A program made the position numbers and the translations under genes. Below are positions 1-13,565 of a stretch of 64,000 nt of DNA, piece after piece. The stretch's first letter is position 1; each line of letters starts with the position of its first letter. The stretch is taken from assembly GCF_006345805.1 (NCBI RefSeq), contig NC_043001.1:58590001-58654000 (forward strand). The letters run 5' to 3'. Source of the stretch: Octopus sinensis. Taxonomy: Eukaryota. The notes beneath the pieces were generated by a model. That model searched no databases, had not been told where the DNA came from, and was given only the letters and a program-made list of their open reading frames with translations.

Positions 1-1290
1 AGACACGTTGCGCGGTGGAACTAACAGCCTTCCATTTTTGAAAAAGAGCTGCTGAGCTCGGGTCGGTTAAAATATATTCTTGGATAGAAGAGTTTGTATG
101 ATCTCGGCTGATTAATTGAAAACAGTCGGGGTTGAGATGCGTAGTTGTCCTAGAGGATTCCTTGGCAGTATCTTGTAGAACAATGAAGGATGAGCCCCAG
201 ATGTCCTTGATTTCCACTTGTGCGAGGTCAGCCAGAGGATCTGGGATAGGTGAGAGCTGATCTTGAAATCTGCATTGATGCTGTGTACGCTTTTCAGGAT
301 TGGAGAGGGCAACAATGGCAAGACAAGGAAAAGACTGCGATTTTCGGAATGGAGACTTCATATTCAAACGAAGGAGAGAGAGATCTGATCATTCAATGGT
401 CTGTCCAACATTTAGCATGCCTCATAGCACTTTGTCAAACAATAATAATCAAGAAGGTTCCAGAATTTGGGTCGAAGATGCATCAAATAGAATTTGTGGA
501 TTGTTAGAAACTGGAAAACTGTGTTGTTAATGACAAATCAATGTTGGGTACAAATAGTTTGAAGACGAACGCCATGATGACCAATAATGCCGGGCCAGAT
601 GAAATTACTTTGGCTGAGCCTGACAGTAAAATCTCCAAGACCTTTTGAAACTTGGCTTCTTCAAAAAAGTCCAAGGTGGGCGCGAGCTCATTATGGTAGA
701 GTATCGGCCTTTGGAGAATGCAAGCCGCAATGTGATGAAACGTTCACGCAATCTGACAGGTAATTCTGTCATCTTATTTGCTATAGAAATCTTCACAGCG
801 AAATCCATTCTATGACTTCTCTTGTTGCCATCGGAGACGCCCTTTCAGTAGAATGTGTATTTCTCCCCTTGTTTAGTGAGAAAGCCTTCTTCTGAGAAGT
901 ACGTCTCACTAAGAGATTCTATGTCCAAGTTGTAACGTTTCAGCTCCGATGCAACCAGACCATTAGGTTAATCTGAGTTAGGAAGGTACTGATATTCGAA
1001 CATTTGGCAGTCTTTTGATGTTTCGACCACATTAGAAGGATCACTTGTCACGTGCGGTTTCCTTTTACTCGTAGAACGAGGCAACCTTTGTTTCGGCCAC
1101 CTTTTCTAGGCCGTTCTTCGGATTAAGGTAGGCAGTTACTTCCCTAAAAAGGGCTGCCTAGACACATGCGCTAGACCAAGGAAACCTGCTGCCTACTCGT
1201 GAAGACTTCAGCGGCCATCATATTCATACCGCCATCGTCCAAACTTCCATCTAGTGGCTTTAATCATTCTTAACTCTGTCACCAGCATTT
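1..1290 (-). mobile_element. RTE-clade LINE, 5' part (5'UTR plus degenerate AP-endonuclease); continues off the left edge
   Basis: Minus-strand translation gives VASELKRYNLDIESLSETYFSEEGFL...YTFY, followed by ORF 605-808 (FAVKISIANKMTELPVRLRERFITLRL). These match the APE N-terminus of RTE LINEs, with stops and frameshifts. A GC-richer structured leader lies at about 1080-1290. Confidence 0.8.
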
Positions 1291-1726
1291 CATCACATTC
1301 CCAATGACCTTGGGAGTAGAAAAAATATGAGAAGGAAAATGAAGGAAGAAGGTCGATTTGGATGTTTTCGATCTAATTTGAATTCTTCGCAATCAAATTT
1401 GAATTTTTCAATTGGTGCTCAAGCCTTGAAAAAAGAGAGAGTTAAACTACATCAGCCGTAAGTGAAGACATGTCTATCTTATCTAACTCGTCTAGCAGAG
1501 CCCACCAATTGATATCTAATAAGTTCGATGAAATAACTAATGAACACTGCGATAGTTTCTACCAAAGGATGGTCCGTTACGTCGACCGGTCTGAACAAGG
1601 GGAGATAACAAACGACTGATTCTTTTTCTATTATCTCCCCTTGTTCAGGTTGCAAAGAATTCAAATTTGATGGCAAAGAATCCAAACTAGATCGAAAACA
1701 TCTATGTGTGTGTGTGTGTGTATGTG

Positions 1727-1765
<39 letters not shown>

Positions 1766-1987
1766 GCGTGCGTGCGTGGGTGAGTGCGCGTGCGCGTGTC
1801 TGTGTGTGTGTAGAATATGTTCTAGGCTGACAAAAAATAAGTCCTGGGGACGATTTCTTCAACTAAAAATTATTTCAGACAGTATTTAAGTATGGCCACA
1901 GTTAAACGACTAAAAACAAGAACACACACACACACACACACACATGCGGATGTTTACATATGTTGCATGTAACCAGAGGTCGATCGG

Positions 1988-2045
1988 TCTTAACTGATGA
2001 GCCAAATAAAAATTGCCGAAACTGACGTCAGTATTCTTTTTAAGA
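1988..2045 (+). ncRNA. Minimal type-I hammerhead ribozyme motif (Penelope pLTR type), partly decayed stems
   Basis: CTGATGA 1994-2000; stem II GCCAA/TTGCC with one mismatch; GAAA 2018-2021; palindromic stem III ACTGACGTCAGT 2021-2032; GTA cleavage triplet ending 2033. Confidence 0.7.
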
Positions 2046-2374
2046 ATTCTCGTTTGACATTTTTCAGATGATTCAGGTCCCTGTTAGTGTATATGATTTC
2101 ATTCATGTGTGTTAACTACAGCAATAGAGCATTCTAGATCGTACTTCTAGCAATGTGTTTCTTAACACCCTAGTCACGTTTAGTGACAATTATTATTCTC
2201 CTTATTGGTGAAGCATTGCACCTGCTCTTTATATTACTATTATATATGTATGTGTATGTGTGTAAGTGAATGTATGTGTGCTCATGCGCGTTTGTGTATT
2301 TATGAATAAATGATTGCACACACGCCTATATATATATATATGAGCTGATATATATATTGTTATGTAAATATTCA

Positions 2375-2422
<48 letters not shown>

Positions 2423-5400
2423 CACGTATATATATGAGTGTGTGTGTATGCACATAGGCTTATACAAAGGATTATCTCATTATGTTCCACATAGATAGGA
2501 TACATTTCACATTAATGTAGACGCATTGAGACATATATGTACCTCTAATAAGTACGTGCCGACAGACTGGCCCACACAGATACAGATGCACGCATATTTA
2601 CACAAATAGACATGCACACATACAATCACCGCACGCGTGCGCAGATACCATCCCTCATACGTCAATATTACAATGTCAGTTGCGTTATAAAGTTCTGGGG
2701 CCTTAACATTTTGGGGGAAACCAAGATAACCTCCAAGTTTAATTAGATAGACTTCCCCTATTATTTGGAAATATCGAAATTTATTTCTAGGAACGAACAG
2801 ACAAGGAAGTGTAATGAGTATATCTGAGGAATGCCAGAACATTCTGCTGCAAAGGTTAGAAGGGTTTTTTTCCTGTTCTCTTTATTCTGATAAGAGTGTT
2901 ATTTTTGAAGAGGAAAGAAGCAGATGTAAACTGGGGTAATGATTAGAGCCAACACATGCTGTATGAAGTGGGTCAAAATATCTTCCCACCCATCATGATA
3001 TCTGCTGAACTAAATACATAGAATCAGATGTTTTTGTTACACAAAGCTTTCGTGCGTTCTTAATTTTTTCGGGAAGCATTCTTTATTCATTATCCTTCAC
3101 ATATTATTTTTTTTCTCTTCTTTACCCTGAAATATTGACACAAGCTGTCACCTTTACTCTGTCAGCCATTCACTTTTCTCCCATTGCACATACGTTTCAC
3201 ACTCTCTCATCTCTTTATTTTATCATTTGCTGTATCACACTTTTACTGTTACTTTAGTGTCCTTCCTTGTTTATCTACTTCCATTTTCGAGCAGAGAACT
3301 TCAACCGTTATATTTTTAAAAAGCAACAACCATTCTTTTGTCTGTTTTTTCTTAACTACACAAATATTTTCCTATCCTTCCATCGGGAACACAAACATCC
3401 ACGGAAAACTAAATACACGTATACACTCATATTTTCGCTTAATGTTCCCCATAGCCTCACCCTTTTTTTCACTTTTATTTCTGAGAATGTCCGTGTTTCA
3501 ATTTATTCTTCATCTAGAACAAATTTTTCCTTATCTCTTTCCCAGTTTCTCCATTCCTGTATTTCTATTTTGCTTCTTTTCATTGCCTTTTCTTCTCCTC
3601 ATTCTGCCACTATCACTCACCCTGAAATTGTCTAATTCTTTCTTTTTATCTTTCATACATTATTTCGTTTCTTTGTCGTATTCTTTATCATTGTAACTTA
3701 TTCATATATTTTAATTATTTTTATTAAAATCTTTACGTGATACCTTTATTTATTCACCAACATTTTCTTGTCTTTTACCTTATATCTTTTCTCTCAGTTG
3801 TAACGCATTCATAAACCATAATGTCTCTTTTCATTTCATTTTTGATGGTTTACTTACAAGTAAGTACCATACATAATCTTTTGACCTTTCGCTATGGTTT
3901 CTAGTTTTTTGTAGATTAAGTAGTTAGAATCACTCGTAAATGATCATCATCATACCAAGGACCTGACTCGAGTGCATGAAGCATAATGATCTCTACTAAA
4001 TATACCGGATGATTAGAAATAGATATTAAACAAATTAGTCTACCGCCGCAATCTTATTATTTTTACAAATACTTCCTCTCTGATTTTGCAATCTTAGCTA
4101 ATATACGCTTTTCTTTCCCTTTGCTAATTTCCCTTTTGTTGCTATTCTGCTAAATGTCTATCCTCAGTATACTTTACAAGTAATATAATTTCATTCTCCC
4201 CTATATAATCACCGAACATTTCCAAACTACGTGAGAGATCCCATGGCATGCTAAAAGTAGCTATTTGGTTTCTATTGAATGACAATCAATATTTGTAAAA
4301 TAAAGTCACATTGCGATAGTATAGTTTCACCGAAAATATACTCGAATGTAATAGGAGTTGGTCATGCCTTGACTGTCAGCAAAACTACAAAAGCATCAAC
4401 AACGACCCGAAATCATTTCCTTTGAAACGACGCGAATGTTAAATTGGTTGTAAAAATAGCAGCTAGAAATAATAACCAAATGGCTGTGAAATGATACTAA
4501 ACACTTAGAAAACGGGTCGTATTGGATAATGTAGGTAGACAATGGCATGCATAATATGAGGAAACGTCAAATAGTAAAGGAAGTTATATGTTTGTTTATA
4601 TGTTTGCTACATCAAAACTGACCTGGTGTCGAACATCAGTGAAAGCGAAGTTGTGTCCTTGCGTGACCTAAAACGATCAAATATACTCTATTTTCTGGTT
4701 TTTTTTTCTACATGAAACACACACTAAAAGACATTATTTCTTGATATAATTCAATCAGAAAATAATATCCGCATCTGATTAGTTACATTTGCGAAAACAT
4801 ATGGAAATACAGGTGATATTCATTCTCAATGAAAAATATTTCAAGTATCGAAAAGAGATGTCATGCGACCAAGGGATTTTCTATTGGGTAATAAGTATCA
4901 TTTCTTTATTTTCTATATATTCTTATTCTTCTTTTCTTTACTTCTAAAATTATTTCCTTTCGTGGATCATCATATATGATATTGCTATGTACAAAACCCT
5001 ACATATATCTTCACTTTAAAATGAAAATATTGCAAAGATATTCTGTTTCATTAATGATGTAGTTACGTAGAAACTGTAGAAGATTATATAAATTGTAAGT
5101 TTGCCGTACATCTTCAAATGTCTCGTGTGTTTCTGACAAAACATAATCTAGTAGGCGAATGAAACGCAAATGATTATTCTTTATCCACCGTAACTCTATG
5201 AATAGAACATGATTTAAAAGTAGTTTAATTCAGTTAGACCTATTTTAACTCAGCCCATATTCTCATACATGCGAAAACCGCGAATTTTCATCTTTTAAAT
5301 AAGAGTTCTCTTCTTTTATCCATTTCGAATAACAGAATTAGATACTAATACATGAAACGCATATTGTTGCTGTGCTCCGGTGCAAATATGACTAAGTACA

Positions 5401-7585
5401 CTTTCAACCGAAGCATTTCATGTTTATTTCTATATATTTAATGGTTTACACTAGTTTTTCCGATTTTTTAAGACTGAATATAAATGTTTGATAAATGTTT
5501 CTAAGCGGTTGAATGACACCTTCAGACCCTTCCGTTTAGGCATTTGAAGTCGCACACTATTATGGGTATTGCTATTCCGGTTGTTGTTCAAATTATTGTT
5601 TCTTCACATATCACATATCGCAATCACAGACATCGTGAAGCAGTGCTAATTAATTGATTGATAAACCGAATGCAGCACATGTTTAGGCGTGACAAAGAAG
5701 CCCTCACAAAATTATTGAAGCCTATAAACAGACGGCGAGGGCAAGCTATCCAGACACTACGTATTTTGAACGCTTGAGTATGAATTTACATACACAGACA
5801 CATGCACATGCCTATATATACAGTATGACCATCAAGAGTCTTGTGGTATGTCATGCTTTTCCCACTATAAATTATTCAGAAGTGCTCCACTACTGTCAAT
5901 ACTCTATGTAGGTATTTTGATGTAGTTACTGATGATCCAAACATGCACAAAATATACTTACTTATTGGTCCACCAATAGCAGATCACTGTTTCAGATGTC
6001 ATATAAACTTATGCAGCCAGACACATACACATGCATTCATATATATTTGTCCATATACATCGTGCGCGTATATATCTATATATAAAACAAAGCTGGCCGT
6101 TCTGTGATATTTATAATATCCTTACGCGCATTCCTCGACAATTATTTAATGACCATGTAAGACAAACATTACGCAATCCTTTTGCACAAGTCGTTTCATC
6201 ACATATATTAACGGCAATGATGATGTTTAGTAACCTAGGTGTTTGAAATACAGGTGTGAGAGATAAATTCCAGGTATACTGACAGCTATCTTAAACTTAT
6301 TTATGTTAAATCGATTGCCAGATTATTGTATCGAATTACTGAAACTATTACTATATAGCATTAACATGGGCCATAAGTCGTCACAATTAAGAATGGCAAC
6401 ATGAAGATTAAGCAATAAAAGAAACAAATATAAATATACTCATAGACACAGGTTATGGAACATACACTGCAAGTAGTCTTATATTCTCAGCTGCTTCATT
6501 TATAGAAGCTGAGTGGAAACTTTCATAATATCAATAAAGCTTACTAATAAGTACGTAGAAAGAGATGTAAAGCAAAAAAAAAATTAAAGTAGGTACAAAA
6601 TATATGAGTTCAAAAGAATTTAAGCTAGTTATATTTGAAATTATTTGGGTGAGCATTTATATGTTTCTGGTTTCAGTTGTTATAATGTTTGATGAATGAG
6701 CGAGGGCGGGATCTATTAAATGTTATATGGAATCAGATTTATTGACCACAAATAGATTTAGTGCCTCCATATGTTTATTTTAATTGTGAAATGAGAACAT
6801 AAAATTTTATTCGTAACTTGTATAAGTAGCAACGCACAACCATCTAAACACAAGCATCAATAAAAATTGATTTAAGGTGCTCACTTCTGCATGCTCTTTA
6901 AACATTCTTGCAACATTGAATAACAAATATATGAAAATAAAATGTTACATTTACATATTGGATAGTAAACGGATCAATTAATAGTAACTATTACTCAGGT
7001 ATAATGCAAGTTCGATATGCGATATGTCAACCACATGTTTCCTTGAGGTATATCAACAAGAAAATACAGGCAGTTTTTTGACATTACATAGGGAATATGA
7101 AAAATAATGAAGTTGTCTAATATAAGAGTTTGGGAATCTCATTTCAGTACTAGATGAAGCATGCGTTAATTAAAAGAGTGCATATATGCCAGTAGTAATG
7201 TTGATTCGACTCGGCTTTTGACATGACCTTAGCCTCCATAGATTTCGTATGCTTGCTGAACATATACAGTCATATGGTATACTCTAAATAAGTCATGTAT
7301 AGTTCGGAGCAACGCTTGTGAGCTCAACTTCCATTCATCCATATTTTATTTTGTCCCGATAAACTATTTCTGATAAATTAGAAATTTATACATTTCTATG
7401 TTTATGTAAAGTTCAACGATGTATGTACGTGCATGTGTATGTATGTATGTATGTATGTATGTATGTATGTATGTATGTATATACGTATATAAGTTTGTAT
7501 GTGTTTATATAAATGTGTGTTTGTGTATGTATGTTTGGGTGGGTGGATGCCTGTGTTCATATATGCATACATATGTATGCAAGTA

Positions 7586-7787
7586 CGAGGGTGTTCTGAA
7601 AAGTTCCTGGCTTTAAGGATATCATGAAGAGCCTGGCTGGAGGCCCAACTGTCCGATTTCTTTTACAGTGCTAAGCAAAACTGAAGTGTCTGAATCTGAG
7701 AGGGAAATATGTTGAATAAAATCATAATTAGCTGATCCTCCTGTATGTTCTTTTAACCAAAGCCAGGAACGTTTCAGCACCCCGTCG
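7586..7787. mobile_element. Mariner-type MITE, ~200 bp
   Basis: 29-bp terminal inverted repeats (CGAGGGTGTTCTGAAAAGTTCCTGGCTTT vs right end, 4 mismatches). TA flanks both sides (7584-85, 7788-89). No coding capacity. Confidence 0.85.
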
Positions 7788-8400
7788 TACTCTCTAAGTA
7801 TGTGTATTACATGTGAAAAGTGTTTCACAAGGCAGGCAACTCAACTTGCAACTTAACCCATCATACAAAATTGTATATGAGAGGAACCAAGCACTTTTAA
7901 AAGTGACAATTACATGGGCAACATACATTTCAGGAGTCTTATGCTCATTGGTTTTCCCCGATTACATCCGAGATATTAAGTAGCCGTTCATTGAAACGGC
8001 GAGTAATGATGTGAACAGTGTTGTAGATTATAGGAATACGATAAACTTTCATACATAGCTACGTTTTGAGTCACGCTAAGATAACACACTCCAAGTAAGA
8101 AAGAAGTTAAAAGACAGAGAAAATATGGCATAATAAAATGGTTGTGAAGGCAGTGATGATGTTGATGTGTAGCTTGTGGCATCTATTGTTTTATTTTGTG
8201 GGTAGTCATTGTAGAATTAGGAACGGTTAAGACGAACTTTAATGTACTTGCGAGACATTATATGATACATCTTGTTATTTCAAAATTCGGATCACAAAGG
8301 GAAATTGTTCGCTCTCAGCTCCTTAATACTTTTTAAAAAATGCAACCACACACATCTTGAACCCCCTAATCAAAAGAAAGTATTTCACTTCTGAAATTAG

Positions 8401-8456
<56 letters not shown>
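8401..8456. repeat. (TA)n microsatellite
   Basis: Direct reading. Confidence 0.95.
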
Positions 8457-8458
<2 letters not shown>

Positions 8459-8470
8459 AAATTTAGGGAA

Positions 8471-8640
8471 TGGAGTAGCTAAAATCCAGGCAACACATGT
8501 TATCTAGTTAGCAAAACCTCGGAAATAATAATTGGTCAACGAGTGCTACCCCGCTAGCTAATCATCAGGCCAAAAATACTTTAATCAAAAGAGGGTTACA
8601 TTGTCGTCAAAGGATCCCTTGTTTACTCGCAGGAGATATT
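8471..8640. mobile_element. Short dispersed repeat, probable MITE fragment (homologous to 26468-26630)
   Basis: Shares AACCTCGGAA...AACGAG...TAGCTA and GTTACATTGTCGTCAA with 26468-26560. Starts with TGGAGTAGCTAAAATCCAGGC, the reverse complement (17/21) of the end of the other copy. Confidence 0.55.
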
Positions 8641-9088
8641 TTCGAAGATTTGTGGAAAACAGAGAGAACGAAAAGGAAAACATATGTGTGAAGAAATAAT
8701 ATATAGGAGTGGACAAATGTTTGAAGCTATTATGTTAAAGAATAAGATTAGGATTAAAGAAAAGGAGAGGAGGTACAGTTGGGTAAAACATTTTGGTCTA
8801 ATATAAAATAAATAAATATATTGTGGGACTCTGTAAATATATTTACACAGAGTGAAAGAGAAAAAAATGTCGGGAGAAGGAGAGGAAGAGAAAAGATAGG
8901 AGTGGTTGTAAGTTAGAATTTATTAGAAGGGAGGGAGAAGGATCAAGAGGTGGGAGTTAATGCTTCTGGTCAGTAGGGGAACGTAGTAGTTCTTGGGAAG
9001 TTTGTAGTTTATCACTTAACAATAAAAATATATTCTTCTGCATCATATACATATTCTCCTCTCCTCGACACATAGACACACTCACATA

Positions 9089-10376
9089 CGAGGGGCGTTC
9101 AATAAGTAATGTCTCTGACCCACTTGCCGTTGTTTGATCTAGCTGACATTTTGCATGTGCAATTATTTATATTTCTATAGATTACATGGCAAATTACAGC
9201 TCCGAACTAATTGTGGTTTCTGATTTACAGGTGTTTGAAATGAGTCAAGTGGGAAATGGAGCCTGTTGAGTGTCGAGCAGTGATCCGGTTTTTGTATTTG
9301 AAATGACGCACACCACAGGAGACTTTTGATGAAATGAAAGTAACTTATGGTGATGATGCCCCATCATATGACCTTGTAAAACGCTGGCATCGTGAATTCA
9401 AACAAGGTCGGAACTCTGTGGAAACAGCTCCCAGATCTGGTCGTACCCCTTCTGCCATTGATGAGGCATCTGTCCGTCAAGTTGAGGCTGCCTTTTTGGA
9501 AGATCGACGCATAACTATTCGCTAAATAGCCCACGAGGTCAAGATTAGTACCGGGTCTGTGGAAACTATCATTCATGACCATTTGCATATGCAAAAGGTG
9601 TCTGCCAGATGGAATCCCAGGTTGCTCACACCTTTCCAGAAGCAAGAACGCGTCGAGTGCTCGAGGATGAATTTAGGGATGTGCCAAGATGAGTCAAAAT
9701 TTTTCAAAAGACTGATTACACAGGATGAGACCTGGGTCCATCACTATGATCCATAGACCAAAGCCCAGTCAATGCAGTGGAAGCACCATGACTCACCTCC
9801 TCCAAAGAAGGCAAGGGTGCAACCCTCCGCTGGCAAGGCCATGCTCACAGTCTTCTGGGACCAGGACGGAGTACTGATGACAGATTTCCTGGCAAAGGGT
9901 ACCACAATTACAGGAGCCTATCATGCTTCACTTTTGAGGAAATTAAGAGAAGCTATCAAAACCAAGTGGCGGGGCAAGATCAGCAAAGGCATTCTCCTCT
10001 TGCAGGACAACGCTCCGGTCCACAACTCGCGTGTCGACAGATCAGAAGCACAGGCGTGCGACTATGAACTCTTCCCCCATCCCCTACTCTCCTGACCTTG
10101 CAACCTCTGTTTTACACCTCTTCCCAGCCATGAAGTTGTTTTTGAAAGGAAAGCGTTTCCCAGATGATGCAGCCTTGATTTCTGAAGTCACGTCGTGGTT
10201 GGAGGACCATGCTGGGGTCTTCTACAAAAACGGTATCCAGAGCTGCATCAATAGATGGGAGAAATGCGTAACTCTGGGTTGTTCCTATGTAGAAAAAGAC
10301 TAATAACTGTGCCAAGTTTCGTTGCTCTACTGCTATGGGAAGTGGATCAGGGGCATTACTTATTGAACTCCCCTCG
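9089..10376 (+). mobile_element. Full-length (1288 bp) DD34D mariner transposon, defective
   Basis: 37-bp TIRs (CGAGGGGCGTTCAATAAGTAATG...; 4 mismatches) with TA on both sides (9087-88, 10377-78). The transposase is in pieces. Confidence 0.95.
9256..10303 (+). pseudogene. Mariner transposase pseudogene
   Basis: Motifs WNPRLLT (WVPR-like), TQDETW, QDNAPVH and YSPDLATSV. It has in-frame stops (about 9304, 9523, 9754), a frameshift near 10080, and the third catalytic Asp replaced by Val with 34 residues between it and the second Asp. Confidence 0.92.
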
Positions 10377-11234
10377 TATGTATAATACTGAATGCAGGGG
10401 TAGTGTCTATGTATTTGCATGCATTCCAAGATCAGTGAGCTTAATGCTGTTTCTACTGGATCGGGTTAACAAATTCAGAAAAGTAAGAGCTGAGAGAAGT
10501 TTTCCAGGCGGCGAATATTGTCGTGAAAAGGATTTAAACGTAAAGATCGGTGCGGAACCGGATAGAATGGATGTGATAAGTGTGACGAGAAAGATCCAAG
10601 ACTAAAAGTGACTGAAAATTAGTCGATTGGTCATTCTCATGATGTAGTCTAGGATGCTTTTCTAGGTGGCATTAGCAGTGTCCTAGCCTGGTCGAATGTC
10701 ACTATCAGTGAGATGAATTAATGCCTGGCCTTGGAGTAAAGAACGATCCATCGTGCCACAGCACTTGGTAGGGTACTGGGAATTGTGCTATGGTTTCTAC
10801 TTGTTATGTGATGTGCTCTGCTGTTCCTGTTAAATGAGACATTGTCGACATGTCCCCCAATGAAGGTGATCGCCAGGGCATTGACCATGCTTGATGACAT
10901 GCTTGTACGCATGCATACATATATATATATATATATATACTTACGTGTATGTGAGTGACTGTGTGTGTGTATAGTAGTTATGTCAATCAAGTTAAGTAAG
11001 ACAATTTTCTAGTTTCAGTTAATTATTTTCAGGGTAATGTAAAGATATATTAGAATTTAAAAGAACGTGTGCGGCGAGTGACATGGACAAATTGCTATTT
11101 CAAAGAAAGATGCACCAGATGTATAAAGATATACAGAGAATATTGTTCGGTATAAAGAGAAGTGCTCAGCGATCAGGCAGCACCAAAACAATCAAAGTGT
11201 AGTATAAATAAAGGCATGGCGAAAGCAGTAATAA

Positions 11235-11456
11235 CAATTATTTCTACTCTAGGTACAAGGTCTTGAAAATTTGGGGGAAAGGGTGGACAGTCGATTACAT
11301 CGATCCAAGTGCGTAACTGGTACTTATTTCATCGACCTCGAAAGGATGGAAGGCAAAGTCGAACTCGCCGGAATTTGAACTCTGAGGACCACGGCGAACA
11401 AAATGCCGCAAAGCATTTCGCCCGGCATGCTAACGATTCTGCCAGTTCGCTGCCTT
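11235..11456 (-). mobile_element. tRNA-derived SINE (abundant family in this window)
   Basis: On the minus strand: A-box-like TGGCAGAATCG, B-box GAGTTCAAATTCC (11370-11382), body CATCCTTTCGAGGTCGATGAAATAAGTACCAGT shared with other copies, and an ATT-rich tail. Confidence 0.85.
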
Positions 11457-11712
11457 GATATTAGTAGTAATGATATACACGGTGAGATATTAAACGACTT
11501 GAAAGATCTAGAATAGAAACGGTTAATAATTGAATTAACTAGGCAAATTGACACATGGAGAAAGAGCAAGGAAGCTGTAAAGATAGGAAGAATATAATTC
11601 TGTGTACGATAAGTCAATGAAAGTGTATAGCAAAGATTTTGGGAAAGGAAAACAACAGTTAGAATTATACTGTACTTAAAGTAAAAGAGAATGAAAGACC
11701 TCTATATTTCTT

Positions 11713-11714
<2 letters not shown>

Positions 11715-11771
<57 letters not shown>

Positions 11772-11773
11772 TT

Positions 11774-11831
<58 letters not shown>

Positions 11832-11845
11832 TATATTTTTATATA

Positions 11846-11881
<36 letters not shown>

Positions 11882-11904
11882 TGTATGCATGTATGTATGT
11901 ATAT

Positions 11905-11949
<45 letters not shown>

Positions 11950-11970
11950 GTATTTATGTATGTATGTATG
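11715..11970. repeat. Compound (TA)n/(TATG)n microsatellite
   Basis: Direct reading. Confidence 0.95.
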
Positions 11971-12117
11971 CATATACGAAGGGAAAGAGAAGGTGATGTA
12001 GAAAGACAAAGATATAAGAAGGGAGAAAGTGAGAGAGTGAGCGGTAGAAACAGAAAGTGAGGAACTTTGTTCCCATGAATTCAAAATTTTATTGTTCTCT
12101 CATTATGTATGTGTTTC

Positions 12118-12163
<46 letters not shown>

Positions 12164-12596
12164 CATATATACACACATACATTCATACATACACGCACGC
12201 TCATATATTTATATACATGTATGTAATGATAATACGTAAGATTTTTTTTCGTTTTAGTCTAAAGTGAAGTAAATGTGTTTTCCTTGTCTGTATTGTCTTT
12301 ATGTTTATGATCTTATTGTTTTGTAATCTTTCAAAAGAAAGAGAAAAAAAACTCTCATACATATGTAAAATAAAACAGAATGGAAAATAAACATAATTTT
12401 TTTTATTCTTTCTCTAGTTGTATCTTTAGGCATTTACTATTTCCTCATTTATTTATTTGTTTGCATTGTTTACTCTCTGAAAATGACTTTACGCACTCTC
12501 TCTGTATCTTTGTGTCTCTGTGTACCAGCCTGTTTTTACACACTTTCATGCATACATACATACACACCCACTCACACAACACACACAAGCACACAT

Positions 12597-12646
<50 letters not shown>

Positions 12647-12939
12647 GCGCACAAATATATGCATATACATCTAGGTATACAGATATATGTTCATAAGTGT
12701 GTATGTATGCATGAATGTGTATGTGAGTGCATAGTGTTTTTAAAAGCCAAAACAATAATAGAAGTGTCTCTTTCCCTGATATCTACCAATAATCATTGAT
12801 TTATTCTTTCATTCACATAATATATCAAAGATATAAGATAGCTTATCATAATAATATTGGTGTCATTATTAAAATTATCATCTACTCGATCACGCTGCAG
12901 CTCTTTTACATCCCACTCCGCCTCGCTAACATAATCCTC

Positions 12940-12977
12940 TTCATCGCCGTCGTCATCATCTCCTTCGTCATCTTCAT

Positions 12978-13008
<31 letters not shown>

Positions 13009-13283
13009 AGCATTGGCAAATCTTTATCATTATTGATCTCCATAACCATAACCACTATAATTTCAGAAGCGCTTCCACCATCTTCCTTATAATCATCATG
13101 GTTTCACCATGACCATCACTACTGGCTAAATTATCACCACTACCATCAGTACTATAGTCATTATAATCCTGATTTTATCGACTTCTCCAACGACATTTTC
13201 ATCGTCTTTATTATCATGCTCATCATTTCTACACATAGTATCACTAGTCTATTAATCATGGTGATCATCATCATCATCATTTT

Positions 13284-13334
<51 letters not shown>

Positions 13335-13565
13335 TTCTTCTTCTTCTTCTTCTTCTTCTTATTCGTCTTCTTCTTCTTCTTCTTCTTCTTCTTCGTGGTC
13401 GTTGTCGTCGTCTTCGTGGTCGTCACCATCATCATCATCATCATTATCATCACCACCACCACCACCACCACCACTGACATCATCATCATCATCATCATTA
13501 TCATCATCATCATCATCATCATCATCATCTTCATCATCATCACCATCATCATCATAATTATCATT
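12940..13565. repeat. Compound trinucleotide array (ATC/AGC/TTC/GTC/ACC)
   Basis: Direct reading; source of the poly-Ser/Ile/Met ORFs in the track. Confidence 0.9.

Noticed and set aside
1080-1125. Hammerhead-like string in the RTE 5'UTR (minus: CCGAAGA..GGCC..GGCC-GAAAC-AAAG-GTT)
   Set aside because: Core U4 is C and no stem I pairing can be formed; more likely part of the RTE leader structure.
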